64,000 nucleotides of DNA from Tubulanus polymorphus. Taxonomy: Eukaryota > Animalia > Nemertea. Both the position numbers and the translations under genes were made by a program. The first letter of the stretch is position 1. Each line of letters opens with the position of its first letter. The notes under the pieces are model-generated. The model saw nothing but the letters and a program-made list of their open reading frames with translations, ran no database searches and was not told where the DNA came from. The DNA is taken from assembly GCF_964204645.1 (NCBI RefSeq), contig NC_134027.1, positions 10,510,485 through 10,574,484 on the forward strand. Reading direction: 5' to 3'. Below, piece after piece: positions 1 to 12,450 of the stretch.

Positions 1-2375
1 GTAAGTTGTACGCACCTTTCAGCTTGCTGATTGGTTCGGTTTGAACATTTTTTTCATTGATTTTCCCGCTGTTTGCATTTAATCCAATATAGAAAATACC
101 GCAAAGATCCCAAAGTTGTCTACATCATAACGGAAAATCCTAGTGCTCGGTAAAGTAAAGGTTTGTTGAACAGGACTAGGAAATTTAGATGTCTAACCAA
201 AATAGGACCACGCTTGCACTAATCATTCTTTTACATTGCTAATATTACAATCGAACGAAGGCTTTCAAGAACCTCCGTTCTCAGCCTTCTTTAAGTTCAC
301 GCGTTCCTACACCAAAACAGCCGATTTTGATATCAAGAATCTTTTGCGACATTGTGTATACTACGCTTTGATAAGATAAACTAACCCTGTACTAATAATC
401 TCTATGTACGGAATCGAGCTAACATACATTTATGTCGTCCTTGCACAATTAACACCTATTTAGATATACCTATACTTATCACATGCGAAATCCATTCTTC
501 CGATACTTCCAACAGAGGTTTCGAGGTTTTTAACTCAATAATTGTGAGTGACTTGTTTCAATAACTGAAGTGATGATTCCTTCAAAAACTGAGCGTCTAA
601 TATTGATATATCTCGCGCGTTATAATGTAGTTATTTATTGGTTTTTCTGTCTAAATGAATATTTCGTCTGTTGTTTCAGTAAAACATCGCCATCTGGCGA
701 TAAGAACAACCACAGCAACGGCAACGGACATGCTCACGAATTCAACAACCGATCATTCGTCGAGTAGAGGGCGGCGTTGACCAATCGAATCATTACGCAT
801 ATGAAACTTTCTTCCTTTGGTACAAAATAACTTCCGAACAAAGCTTAGTTTCTCTTCGGAACTTTCAAAACATCCAATGCAATAATAAAATCTCCATCCC
901 TATTGAATTTCATCGGAATACGTTCCTCATTAATGAATGCATGTATATAGTGCATGTATAATTTAATTCATTTCAAAATTTATTCAGTAAATGAAAAGCG
1001 CGCCTCGCGTGTGACCTAGTTTAAGTTTACTTGGAAACTGCAAATGCTTCAACTGCCAGGGTTCGTCGTAGGCGGCCGCGAAAAGCAGTGAATTTTATAG
1101 AAGGGCAGTGAAATTGGAAAAGGGGAGACCGAATCTTAGACGAAATATGTTTAATTTTCGAAAACAAATTGTCTAAATTATCTAGAAAATCAATTGTCTA
1201 GAAATAAATGAAATCGTTACACTATGAAATGGAAGAGGGGACCCACTACCGTGTATATTCATGATGAATCATCATGCAGTTGTGTGATTACAACATGTAT
1301 ATAGTGCCAATTCACGGAGATCGTAGACAGATTTTCATTCAAAAACTCAATGTCGAAGATTTAAATTGAATTGAATTTATTTTGCATTTCAAAATTACAT
1401 TATGAAATAGAAAAATTTACAGGGTTTCGTGTGAATTTAGGTATACGTTTCCATTCATAATTTGAAAAAAAGAAATTTTCGATCTAATTATCCTGTAATA
1501 AGTCAGTTTTCATCATTTGAATTCAACCCAATAGAGTTTTCACTTTTTTCATTTGTTCTGCTTGATCTCTAGAGTACCAATGTTTAATTTTCATGCTGCA
1601 TCAAACCTACACTCATGTAAATTTAGGAAAGTCCATATAAAGAATTTTGTTTCTTGTTTGAATATTAGAATAAGCATCACCTGTTCATGTAGAGCAGTCG
1701 ACGCCGGAGGGAACCTTAATATTGTGAATAAATGTGCTAAGATGGTTTAATATTCATTGCCGATTGTTTTTCATAAAGAGTTTATTGTTTATCCCAGAAT
1801 TTATTATTGGAACTAATTACGATTATAAATGTAAATATATGTACATAAATATGCCCATTTTTTTCTACTCGGCTATATCTAACAGAAAGCCCCTAATGGA
1901 AAGATCAGACTTTGCTTTATAAATCCATTGATATATGCAGTGGCAAAATTATATCCTACTACATCAATGACATGGAAACTATTTCAGTTGTCGAAGAAAG
2001 AACAGTTTTTGCAGGATAGGTATGAAAGAAATCGAATAATTCACTAATATCTACAACCTTTTGGGTTGATGAATATATCTTTCTATCAGTGATTGTCACA
2101 CTAGGCCTTCATTTTTTTCACATTTCTAAGTGACTGTATACATCATATCTAGTTCAAAATGTGAAGGCTGTGCACTGGCATCCAAGAGAAACCCAGCACA
2201 TAAAAGACAAATACATAAATGAATGAGTCAAATTCATCAAATAATCAGAACATATAATCATCATCCTCAAATTGACTCGGCACTGTCCGCTGGACGGTGG
2301 GACACACAATGACCAACACAGTTCAGCTGCGTAATATGATGACGTATCAGTCCGCTTCGTAAACCATCAGGGCGG

Positions 2376-2615
2376 ACTTCGGTTCTCATTGTAATTCGAC
2401 TAACAGTCGGAGCTTATAACCGAACGCTGTTTAGTTCGGTCTTTTAAAGCATTTCACAATGTCGGCCATCTTGGAACTAGGTCTGAACTACAGTGACCGT
2501 ACCCAATACCGTGGTCGACTAGTTCCGACTAACTTACTTTCGGTTTTACCATGGACTCTAGTCCAGGAGCTCACTTCGTTCGCAACTATAGTCGACTAAC
2601 TCTGACAACCGAAGT
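2376..2615. mobile_element. Degenerate MITE-like element
   Basis: Imperfect ~28-bp inverted ends (ACTTCGGTTcTCA..TCGACTA / TAGTCGA..TGAcAACCGAAGT) with internal short ACTAGT/GTCGACT repeats. No clear TSD. Confidence 0.45.
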
Positions 2616-3739
2616 TTTCATAGGTAAACTAGCACTTTCGGACAGAAAGTACGTTCGTGATTTTGATAGATCCCATGTGAGGAATAGATTTTTTGTTTAC
2701 TTATCCTCCGTAATATTGCTATGAATAAGCGATCCACTAATGTTATCGTTAATGGAAGTCAAACGTTACTGTGATATATAAGATTCAATACCGTGTAATG
2801 TGAAATATTTATATGCTAAGTATCAATTAAATACAACGCATTAGTGCTTTCTCATTCGGAAGATTTGTAAGCTGCGACATCTGCCAATAGACGCCATTCC
2901 AAAGCGAATGTTACAGACAGATAATTTGGCACCAAAGAGAATCTAATAAGATGTTAATGTTATGTGAAAAAACGAACGAAAGAGATCTTGTACGTGTATA
3001 TAATGTGTGAATAATAAATAGCATTGTTTCCTTTCAAAAGTGCGTGTTTTTTTCTTGTTTCCTTTCAAAAGTGCGTGTTTTTTTTCTATGAAATCTGAAA
3101 TATGGACATAACATTTACCTGCCTCGGCATTTTCCGGAACTTTCCAGTGTTGTGGAAATATCGCGTCGGTGTTTTTCCAATATTGCACTGAATGAGCTAT
3201 GGCAATTGGTGAATCTTCTTCAGCGACCATAGTACAAATAATGACCAGATATTTTCATCAATGCTATTAAAAATTTACAAAAAGGTATTATTATGTTTTA
3301 AACTTCGTTTGAAAACAGGTGCTTATGCATGCGCTTTATGATTTTTTTTTCAATTCTAAATAGCAGTTTCTTACGCACACGGCAAAAGTGTTCAGAATCT
3401 CTCTCACTCGTGCCGTATTGTAAAACTCTGAGATGAATCCTGGAACCAGAGTTTTTCAGCGATAACCCAGAATTCTATCGAAAGCCAGGTGGATTATGAT
3501 AAAACAGAAATCACGAATGATTTCTAAAAATGACTACGCTAACAAAATGGCGGGTACCAACTAAGAGTTTACAGCCGGGCGTTCATAGCAGTCGGGAAAC
3601 ACGTGACGTTCAGAAGAAAAAACACTTTTGCGCAGTCAATGGTTTTCGAAACCTCAGATGTTTTCCGTTTTGTTCGTCTGTGTGCGGCCACCCTGATATT
3701 CACCACATGTTGCACTGTTCAAGACTATGAAATTATATA

Positions 3740-3853
3740 ACATGACGGTGTTTGGGTCGCATTAAGTCAGCAGAAAACATGACGCGATCGGTTAGACGTT
3801 CCATCCAGCGAAAAATGTTCTGACGCTAAATGGTGCACTGGGTCAAGGCAGCT

Positions 3854-3911
<58 letters not shown>

Positions 3912-4074
3912 CTTCACTCACTTCGATTGATAAATAGATGCCCTTAGATTGTGCGAGTTTCAATTTATACAATCGTGTTCTACTGGCATATGAGATAAAA
4001 AAAGACGTTCACGCATATTTGCTGATTACGTAGCGCGACAAAGATCGTATAGGATTTACCAATGAATATCAAAG
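3740..4074 (+). promoter_or_regulatory. Putative promoter / non-coding first exon of SLC22 copy 1
   Basis: Donor AAG|GTAAAT is conserved upstream of all four copies (4075, 12945, 22196, 28868). Matching acceptors lie just before each ATG (exon starts 5012, 14339, 23412, 29393). The block ATTAAGTCAGCAGAAAAC..GGTTAGACGTTCCATC is shared with 22041-22085. The start site cannot be determined. Confidence 0.5.
3855..3908. repeat. (TA)n microsatellite
   Basis: Directly visible; absent at the homologous position upstream of copy 3 (~22135). Confidence 0.95.
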
Positions 4075-5045
4075 GTAAATAGTTGAATTTCTGTTCTACT
4101 TTCCCCGATGATTTCAGTTCATAATCCTAATGCGTACAAAATACGTAGATCCTTATGCCGAATAGATTTTTTGAAGATAAGTTTTTATATCATTTTCAAA
4201 ATCTAAATTTGAATATATAGATGTAGTGCCAATTTTGTTTTTACCTGGTATGGCTATGAAAGAGTGCTCGAATTCAAACGAAGTCATCTATCCAAATCCT
4301 TTGAATAATATCAACGAACGATACATTAAGAATGATAGCGGTTGGTTCGTGATGGAAATTGTTGACTTTTTCATCACACTCTGCAAATGCGATAGATACT
4401 TGTGAAAGATGATAAATGATTAGTATTCACCATTCCAACCGAAGCACAAACAAAGGAAGATGAATTGACAATTGATAATGACGTATATTTGCGTAATTAC
4501 CATCGGCCTGAATAAATGCGTAGCTTTTGATAAAACTGTTGAATATATATGTCAGGTTGATCGAAAATTTTATACATAAGAGCGACCCATTTTTGTATGA
4601 CGCACTTGTCTGAAAAATTAGATTTAGAGATATAAGAATTTGAAAAACTAAATTGGACAAACATGACTGTGAACTAAACCGGAATCTTTTGATGTATGTT
4701 TGCTCCGAGTTAGTAATCTATATTTTTTATTCGTAATGTTTTAACCTAATAACGCGTAGAGCACGCACTCGACTCGTTTGGAAAATGATCATAATACTAT
4801 TTAACATATGTTTTACAGTATAGTGGGCTACGCTGTGTACCTCAAATACGTACCTCGCAAAAAGTTTTCCAATCGACAACCTCAAAAATTGCAGTGGCAG
4901 GATAAATTCAGGCGGTGCCAAGACGAAATCGAAAGACGCAGAGTTTATTGGAATATTTAAGCTTACGCACGTTCGCGTTTATGAAGAATTCTATAATCGG
5001 AATTTTTGTAGATTAATATTCGAAGCATTATCAAGCGTAAACAAT

Positions 5046-8000
5046 ATGGCAAATATGGAAGAATCGATCGCCTCCAAAAACGACCAGAAGAAGCTACCTC
5101 CAGACTTGTCGGATTTGACAATGAGCATCGATGCTGAGATGGGTATTCCAAAACATGATGGCGGCGATGGTCTCTTAGCCGACGTTGAAAATGATCCGGA
5201 ACACGAGCCCGCGAAGTTCGAGGATGTGTTGCACATCGTTGGTGGAACTGACCGATTTCAGATCCTCGTGTACATTATGGTGAATGTTTCATTTGAATTT
5301 GCTGCCTCTTGTGCAACGACTTACTTCATCATCGAAGGTGCAAATCCAGGCTGGAGCTGTTTGAAATGCGAAAAATACTTGTCAGACGGATCTTACTGCT
5401 CTCAGTTCAGCGCTAACGCTACAGAAGGCAGCTGCAAAAACGACAATGACAACTGCTACAATATGACCTTCAATACTCAGTACACATCGATTGTCTCAGA
5501 GGTACTCATTCCAAAAGTTATTCATTACCTTCTGGGTTAGGCGTACAACGATTCCAAGTTTAACATGTATTTATGAAATATTTCGTCAATGTTTTCAGTG
5601 GGCACTTGTTTGCAACGAAGGCTGGATCGCAAAACTCGTAGCCAGCATATTCTTCGCAGGGTTATTGGTCGGTGTCGTAGTTATGGGGCAAATATCTGAC
5701 AGTTTTGGACGAAAGATCAGTCTGATTCCTTGCTGGATCGTCCTCATCATAGCCCAGTCCGTTCTATCTGCAGCACCTTCAGTTCCCATTTACGTAACCA
5801 TTCGGTTTGTAGCTGGCATGTGTGTAGGTAGGTACGCGCAAATTTTAAAAAGAATCCTCGTCCGGGAAATGCTCCAATCTGATAGCTGACCTACGCATAA
5901 GGGTTATGTAGCCAGTTAAGGAATTATCGATAATTGAAAGAACCACTTAAAATGTCATTGCAGGATGTTTGGCAGCTAATGGCGCAGTACTGGCTATGGA
6001 ATTCATGGATCCAAAATGGCGGACAGTTGTCGGTTTCAGGTTCGGTTGGCAGGTTGGTCAATGCGCTACTGCATTGATGGCTTACCTGTTACCCGACTGG
6101 AGGAAACTGTCACTAGCAACCGGTCTCGTCAGCTTACCATTACTTCCTATAATCTGGTAGTGAGTACAGCCAAAAAATAAATGATATGGAAAATACATAA
6201 TACCTGGAAACATCTAGAATTTGAACATTTTCCGCGTTTCTTAGGTTTCTGGCACTGGTTCATTTTTTCTCTATTACATAGGATTTTTGATCCTTCGAAT
6301 ACCATTATTTCAGGATCAATAAAGATTTTGGATAAGAATTTGCTTTTCAGTTTTCTTCCGGAAAGTGCACGCTGGTACGTTGAAAAACAGAAAATCGACC
6401 AAGCGGAAAATTGCCTGAAATACGTAGCCAAAATTAATGGAAAGGATACGACCGGATTGCGAGAAAAACTAGAGTTGATTAGTAATGCAGAGGCCACGAA
6501 GAAAAAAGCAAAATCATTAAATGTTACTTATCTATTCCGCACAAGGAAACTGGCTATTCGAAGCGTCGTTTTGATATACGCTTGGCAAGTATCAAGTCGT
6601 TATGATGCCAATGTCATTAGTAACTAGGAATTTCCATTGTCGTCATTAGATATGGCTAATGAATATGGTAAACACATTCTCCATCTGTAAATGGATTCCC
6701 AATCATAATGGCACATGATTCCATTTATATCTTAGTACCTTCAAGTTAACGCTGGTGTAAAAAGTATCGTTGGATGTTTTGTTTACTGTCCTGGTTTCAT
6801 GCATAAATCAACTTCAAAAACCGAAAACCTATCCATAAAATAGCACAATGAGAAATAAATTTTTATTTTCATGCTTCTTTTTCCTGATATCATTTATTCA
6901 GGCTGGCAACATCTCTAATGTTTTACGGTATTTCTAATCAAATGAGCGACATGACCGGAAATATGTATCTGAATGTATTCATATCAGGTGCTGGTGTTTT
7001 ACTGACGAGATGGACTTTCGTATTTTTAGTAAATTGGTAAGTTTTGCCAAGAAAATGATTGAACTTTGTTCATATTCTTTCGGATATTTCGATGAATGTC
7101 CCGGGGACAGTTGCTAAATATTGAGTCACGATCGTTCTAGCACGGTCTGTTTTACCCGGCATTCTGGCTTTGCTATATCTCATAACTTTTGGACGTGGTT
7201 TTGATTTATACTCTTTTTCAGGATTGGACGACGTATCAGCTTGCTGATATTCCTCGGTATACCGGGTCTATGCTTATTAGCTATAATGATCATGGATTTG
7301 ACCGGTTTTCTGGACAAAAATCCTATGTTCGTAACTTATTTCGGCCTTTCCGCATACATAATTGGAGCCGGTGCTTGGTGCGTTACGACCTACTATTCTG
7401 CTGAACTGTATCCGACGCTACTGAGGTAAGTAAGATACGTTCATATTTGAACTACCATAATTAAATCGAAGTCATTCATAAGGTTTGAAATTAGGTTTTA
7501 TGTAAGTAAATGATTAAAATCGATGCATTGTTCCAAAGGTAACGAGTCTCAATTGTTTACTTTACTTCAGAAATACCGCAACTGGTACAGGATTTATGGG
7601 TGCTAGAATCGGATCAATCATAGCTCCCCAGATTTCTTTGATGGTAAGCTAATTGGTTGAATCACACCCCAAAATGCAGTATACACTGATCGTAAAACAA
7701 CCTCGAAGTTCTTTGTCGTTCCGATACTGTGCATGTTGAACAAAGTTATTTCGTATCGATGGTATGCATTGGATTGATTTTTGTTTGTAGAGTAGTCTAC
7801 ATGAGTCCGCACCGTACGTAGTTGTTGGCGCTGTGGCACTGTCAAGCGCTGCACTGAACTTCTTCATTCTGCCAGAAACGACCGATAGACCACTGCCGGA
7901 AGACCTCGAAGAACAAAAGCCCGACAGGGCGAATCCCAATATTAATGCAAATCAAGTTGACCCGATTATCATAAAAGAAAATAATGATACGAAATTCTGA
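5046..8000 (+). CDS. SLC22-family (organic cation/anion transporter-like, MFS) gene, copy 1; ~578 aa. Exons 5046-5501, 5599-5827, 5964-6159, 6351-6584, 6902-7036, 7222-7425, 7571-7643, 7791-8000
   Basis: The spliced frame is open throughout. SLC22 motifs present: KFEDVL, Cys/N-glycosylation-rich first loop, TSIVSEWxLVC, GQISDSFGRK, PESARW, IGRR, AELYPTLLR, GARIGSIIAP, LPET. Ends DTKF*. Introns are GT-AG except intron 4 (GC-AG). Confidence 0.93.
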
Positions 8001-8133
8001 TGGCATCGGCAATTATCAAACCAGTAGATAAAAGCATGTGATATTTCAGTCACCAGAAATTATTTTGATCTTGTTCTCCTAATCTGAGAAAATATTCCTA
8101 ATTTCCATGTAAGTAATCAGTAAATGTGTTCTG

Positions 8134-8549
8134 TACGGAAGCGATGAGGGGCCTCGAGATGTCGCGTTCCAACTCGACAAGTCGTCCTATTTATGTCGAC
8201 ATACCGCGATATATCGCGTCAAGTCGACATGAATATGTCGATATATCGCGACTTTTTGACGACATATTTCGTTTTCACGACCACTTTCCTCGCGAAAAGT
8301 CGACATATTCATGACGACTTGGAACGCAGTCGTCATATCACTGGTGTCCTCATCTTACATTTAGACGTGTCTTCAAATGACGGCTTGTCCCGTGGAAAAT
8401 AGGCGAAAAAGCGAAATTTGTCGTGAAAACGTCACGATATGTCGACATATTCATGTCGACTTGACGCGATATATCGCGATATATCGACATAAATAAGGCG
8501 ACTTGTCGAGTTGGAACGCGACAACTCGAGGCCCTTTATCGCTTCCGTA
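8134..8549. mobile_element. MITE with ~120-bp TIRs, TACGG...CCGTA termini and 6-bp TSD (IS3EU-like)
   Basis: GTTCTG is duplicated at 8128-8133 and 8550-8555. The arms are near-perfect inverted repeats. TAYGG termini with a 6-bp TSD match the IS3EU superfamily description. Confidence 0.85.
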
Positions 8550-9937
8550 GTTCTGGAAAGTAAGTAATCTCACAAGAAGCCATAAAATCCATTTAATAGC
8601 CTTCATCATACATCGTAATCTACTCGTAGTACATTTATCATAGACAATATAACACTAGGCCAAGTTATTAGGGTACTACATGTATAACTATAATTTCTAG
8701 TTTGTAACGAGTGGCGCACTGACGCATTTGTATTGATAATAAAATCATAAACTTTATAATTCGATTATTTTTCTAGATAACAGAATTATTACTTTTTTTC
8801 GCATGAAAATACCAGGAAAGCAATGAATGTAGAAGTGAAGCAGCGATAACGGGTTTTCTGCATTAGAGTATTTTGCATCCACTGAATAGATCAATATTCC
8901 CGCATTTTGGAGGTGACTCTACGGGATTAAACGGATTAAAAGTGCCCATCACTTTTTAAATCAACTTTGTGTTGATACAAATAACTTCCGTGCTAGCGCA
9001 AAGCTGAGGTCTAACGGTCAAAATCTTCACCCAAGCCCTGTTATGTACGGGGGCTTTCATTTGTAGCATCTCACCACTGTCTGTCAATAACCTCGAGCAG
9101 AGGAGGGGACATTGATAAAATTCATCAGCTCCGAATAGAGCATGTTCATTTACATGGCAAACAATGGATATACCCCATTCTCGTTCCGACGGCTGAATCG
9201 CAGAAGGCGTCAATCGATACCTGCCGATTCTTCGATTCAAATACTGGATTTCAAGGATCTTTCATTGGACCCTTCGGTGACGACTTTTTCTACAAGCCAC
9301 ACTTAGCCGGAAGTAGGACCGGAACATAATCGCTTATTACTACGTTGCACTGCGGACAGATGGAAGAAATAAGTTTGGCGTTGGTTTTCCTCACTGCCGG
9401 ACGGGCCTCTGCGCTGTGGTTATTTACAACACCTAGCTTTCGTTCCCGCGACTGTCTACATCGTGTGGCCTTTAGGATTCTGTGGGGCTGTGTGTAGTCT
9501 GAGGGCCGTGTCTGGGGTTAGTCCACTGTGTGTAGTCCACTGTACACTGTACGTGGACCATGGATTGTGTGTCCTGTTGCCTGCTGTGTTGGAGGAATGT
9601 GAGCCGTGGAGTTTTAGGTGCATTATTAGAAATTGACCTATCAAAGGAATATAGAAAACCAAAGGAAAGGAAACGTTTATGTTTTTTATGAGTCGATTAG
9701 AAAGAAAAGAATATTTCTATAATTCTTTATATTACGTTAATCGTCATTTTGTGAAATTTATCAGTGATGGAGTTCGTTTGTTATTCCGCATTTCGTTGGC
9801 CACATTTTTGTTTCCGCAGAGAGTTTAGTTGCGCTTAACGCATGATTTGATTTAGTTTGCTCAGTTCATGTGGATGCAGTTTTTTGTGTGCCTATGACCA
9901 CTTTTATTTTAGAATTTTCAGTGTTCTGTTCTGCTTT

Positions 9938-10280
9938 TATGGTGGCTGATTCGGGCCATACTAAAAAAATTTTCTGTACGGCTAAAGCAACGATAAAAAA
10001 ATTTTCATATTGGCCCGTTTTTTGGTTTTCTTCCGCGAGAATTCAGAAGATTTTAGTTTTCTCGCGTGAGAATTCAAAACATTTTGGTTTTCTCGCCCGA
10101 GAATTCAAAACATTTTGGTTTTCTCGCGCGAAAATTCAAAATGTTTGGTTTTCTCGCGCGAAAATTCAAAAAGTTTCGTTTTCTCGCGCGAGAAAACCAA
10201 GTTTTGAATTCTCACGTGAGAATTCCAAACTTTTTGAATTCTCGCGCGAGAAAACCAAAATGTTTTGTTTTCTCGCTTTT
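9938..10280. mobile_element. Left end of a TATGG-terminated MITE with ~29-bp subterminal repeats; no adjacent right TIR
   Basis: TATGGTGGCTGATTCGGGCCATACTAAAAAAA.. matches 11405 onward. It is followed by TTTTGGTTTTCTCGCGCGAGAATTCAAAA repeats in both orientations. Confidence 0.85.
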
Positions 10281-11235
10281 CAATACATATTTCCGTGCTG
10301 CCTTTTCATTCTCGGCGTACATTAAGCGCCATCTTGGATTGTTTTGATATCGGTCGTAGACGTCAGCGCATTTCCGGCGCGCGCAGAAGATTTCGGTGTT
10401 ATGGCACATTGTTCAGGATGTCGACAGTTGTTAGTCGTTAGTGGTACACCGTTGAACGCGTTTCCGTGTTTCACCTAGCAATGGGAGATCAATCCGATGA
10501 AGAGATGCTCGAGTCTGGGTAAAAGACGACAGTTTCTCGACGACTTAAGATGCGTTTCCGTTCCATGAAACGGTGCAATATACTTCAAATGATCAATCAA
10601 GAAAGCGTTCCATTTTCGTGGAAGTATTAGGAAATAAATAATAATATTTATATTGGGAAGTTAATCAATAAGATTCAATTAAAGAAAAAGTGTAACAGCA
10701 GCTACGTATTATTTTAAAAGGGTGGTTGAACCCTATAGTCGTTGAATTATGGTTGAACCCGTATTAGAATTATATTTATTTGAACTCAATACAACCTTAG
10801 TTTTGGGTTGCAATAACAAGAATTAGACAAAACGTTTTGGGTTGCCATAACAAGGATTAGACAAAACGGGTTGCTGTTGCCACAACAAGAAGTAGACAAA
10901 AATACGCTCGCTGACGTGGCAGTCTGGCGAGTGGCTAATATAAGGAGGGTCCCCAAAATCTAAGAGAGAGATCAGAGACACCGAGACACCAGGAGACGAA
11001 ACTGGAGGATAGAAATAAAAAGCAATACTATTCACTGGAGAAGAATCTTCCAACGTATCATTTCCTATCAGAAGGAAGTTTCTATCTGCGCCAGATACTT
11101 CACTTAATCTGTCATTACGTCGTCGCTGGGGCTTGCTATATCAACGAAATTCGTTTCCCGTCGAGCGTCAACATCATCAGCAAGTATCAGCATAGTTACC
11201 ATGTTTTGCAGCTTTTACGGTATAGTATGACCAAG

Positions 11236-11397
11236 CAGTGGTGGATTTAGAGGGTGATCTCGGGGGTCCGGACCCCTGCCTTCCTTGTATTTTTTCAAAA
11301 ATATCTAACACCGAGGGTGGAACCCCGCAAGTAGACAATGCAAATGCCTTTTCTTTTCTTGACACCGGCTTTCCAAATTTTACTAGATCCGCCCTTG
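11236..11397. mobile_element. Short hAT-like MITE
   Basis: Ends CAGTGGTGGATTTAG / CTAGATCCGCCCTTG; flanked by direct repeat CCAAG. Confidence 0.6.
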
Positions 11398-11404
11398 CCA
11401 AGTG

Positions 11405-11836
11405 TATGGTGGCTGATTCGGGCCATACTAAAAAAAATTTCTGTACGGCTAAAGCAACGATAAAAAAATTTTCACATGGGCCTGTTTTTTGGTTTTGAAT
11501 TCTCGCGCGAGAAAACCAAAAGTTTTGAATTCTCGTGCGAGAAAACATAAAATTTCGGTTTTCTCGTGCGAAAATTCAAATAGTTTGGTTTCCTCGCGCG
11601 AGAATTCAAAACATTTTGGTTTTCTCACGCGAGAATTCAAAAAGTTTGTTTTTCTCGTGCGAGAATTCAAAGTCTCGCGTCAGAAAACCAAAAGTTTTGA
11701 ATTCCCACGCGAAAAAACCAAACCTTTGCAATTCTCGCGCGAGAAAACCAAAAAACGGGCCAATGTGAAAATTTTTTTATTGTTGCTTTAGCCGTGCAGA
11801 AATTCTTTTTTAGTATGGCCCGAATCAGCTACCATA
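11405..11836. mobile_element. Complete MITE of the same family (TATGG...CCATA, ~80-bp TIRs, internal ~29-bp repeats)
   Basis: Left TIR 11405-11490 is complementary to 11746-11836. Internal TCTCGCGCGAGA-type palindromic repeats. Confidence 0.9.
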
Positions 11837-12361
11837 GCTTTATAACTAGCCAGTTTCCTGTTGTGTTTGATGCTCTTGGTATCCCCTGGTTTAACCCGTT
11901 GATCGTTATCTTAGAGATGAAAAATATGAATCGTCAACAAACTTACTTAGAAGGTCAAATATGCATGTATATAGTGTCTTCTGGGTATATCATGTTTCAT
12001 AGCGTTGGAGAATTGGGCACTAGTATTATCTCGGTTATTTGAAATAAAAGATTTATATCTATAACACAGATTCTATTTCGGATATGAAAATATTTCAAAC
12101 GCTTCTTTATTTCCGACAGTGTCAGTCATCATTGGGTTCGAATCCGATTGAAATAGAATTTGGTTTCCACTCCCAACTAATTCGCAACCGCCGTTTTGGG
12201 TTAACTCGCTAGTCCACTGCAGGTTACAATACTTAACTTCCATTAGGATTGGTACTTAATAGTAGTTAACATATAGTGTGGCGCCATCTAACCTCTTTCC
12301 ATGTAATTACTGGTATTTGTAGTTTTCTATTTCTATATGTTAAAAAAATGTATGTTTATTC

Positions 12362-12450
12362 ACCCTAGCGGAGTCTCGAACCCGATGGCACGGTATACTG
12401 CCTCGATATGCAGTCGTGCGGTGCCATTGGGTTCGAGTCCCAGCTGAGGG
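12362..12450. repeat. ~90-bp foldback made from a tRNA/SINE-head-like sequence
   Basis: CTCGAACCCGATGGCAC pairs with GTGCCATTGGGTTCGAG; contains B-box-like GGTTCGAGTCCC. Confidence 0.55.

Noticed and set aside
6158-6163. Apparent in-frame TAG TGA at the end of SLC22 exon 3 in all copies (readthrough or pseudogene?)
   Set aside because: The donor is TA|GTGAGT; splicing gives TAT (Tyr).
8956-9662. Short ORFs in a GC-richer patch
   Set aside because: No recognisable domain or splice structure.
10397-11173. Solo-LTR-like segment (TATA-like, AATAAA, ends CAACA)
   Set aside because: I could not find a matching TG start with a TSD, or a PBS/PPT.
9870-11791. F/S/R/K-rich ORFs on both strands
   Set aside because: They come from the ~29-bp MITE subterminal repeats.
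12410-12450. Possible tRNA gene (also 15130-15190 and 27620-27684)
   Set aside because: A/B-box-like motifs only, no complete cloverleaf; treated as SINE-derived.
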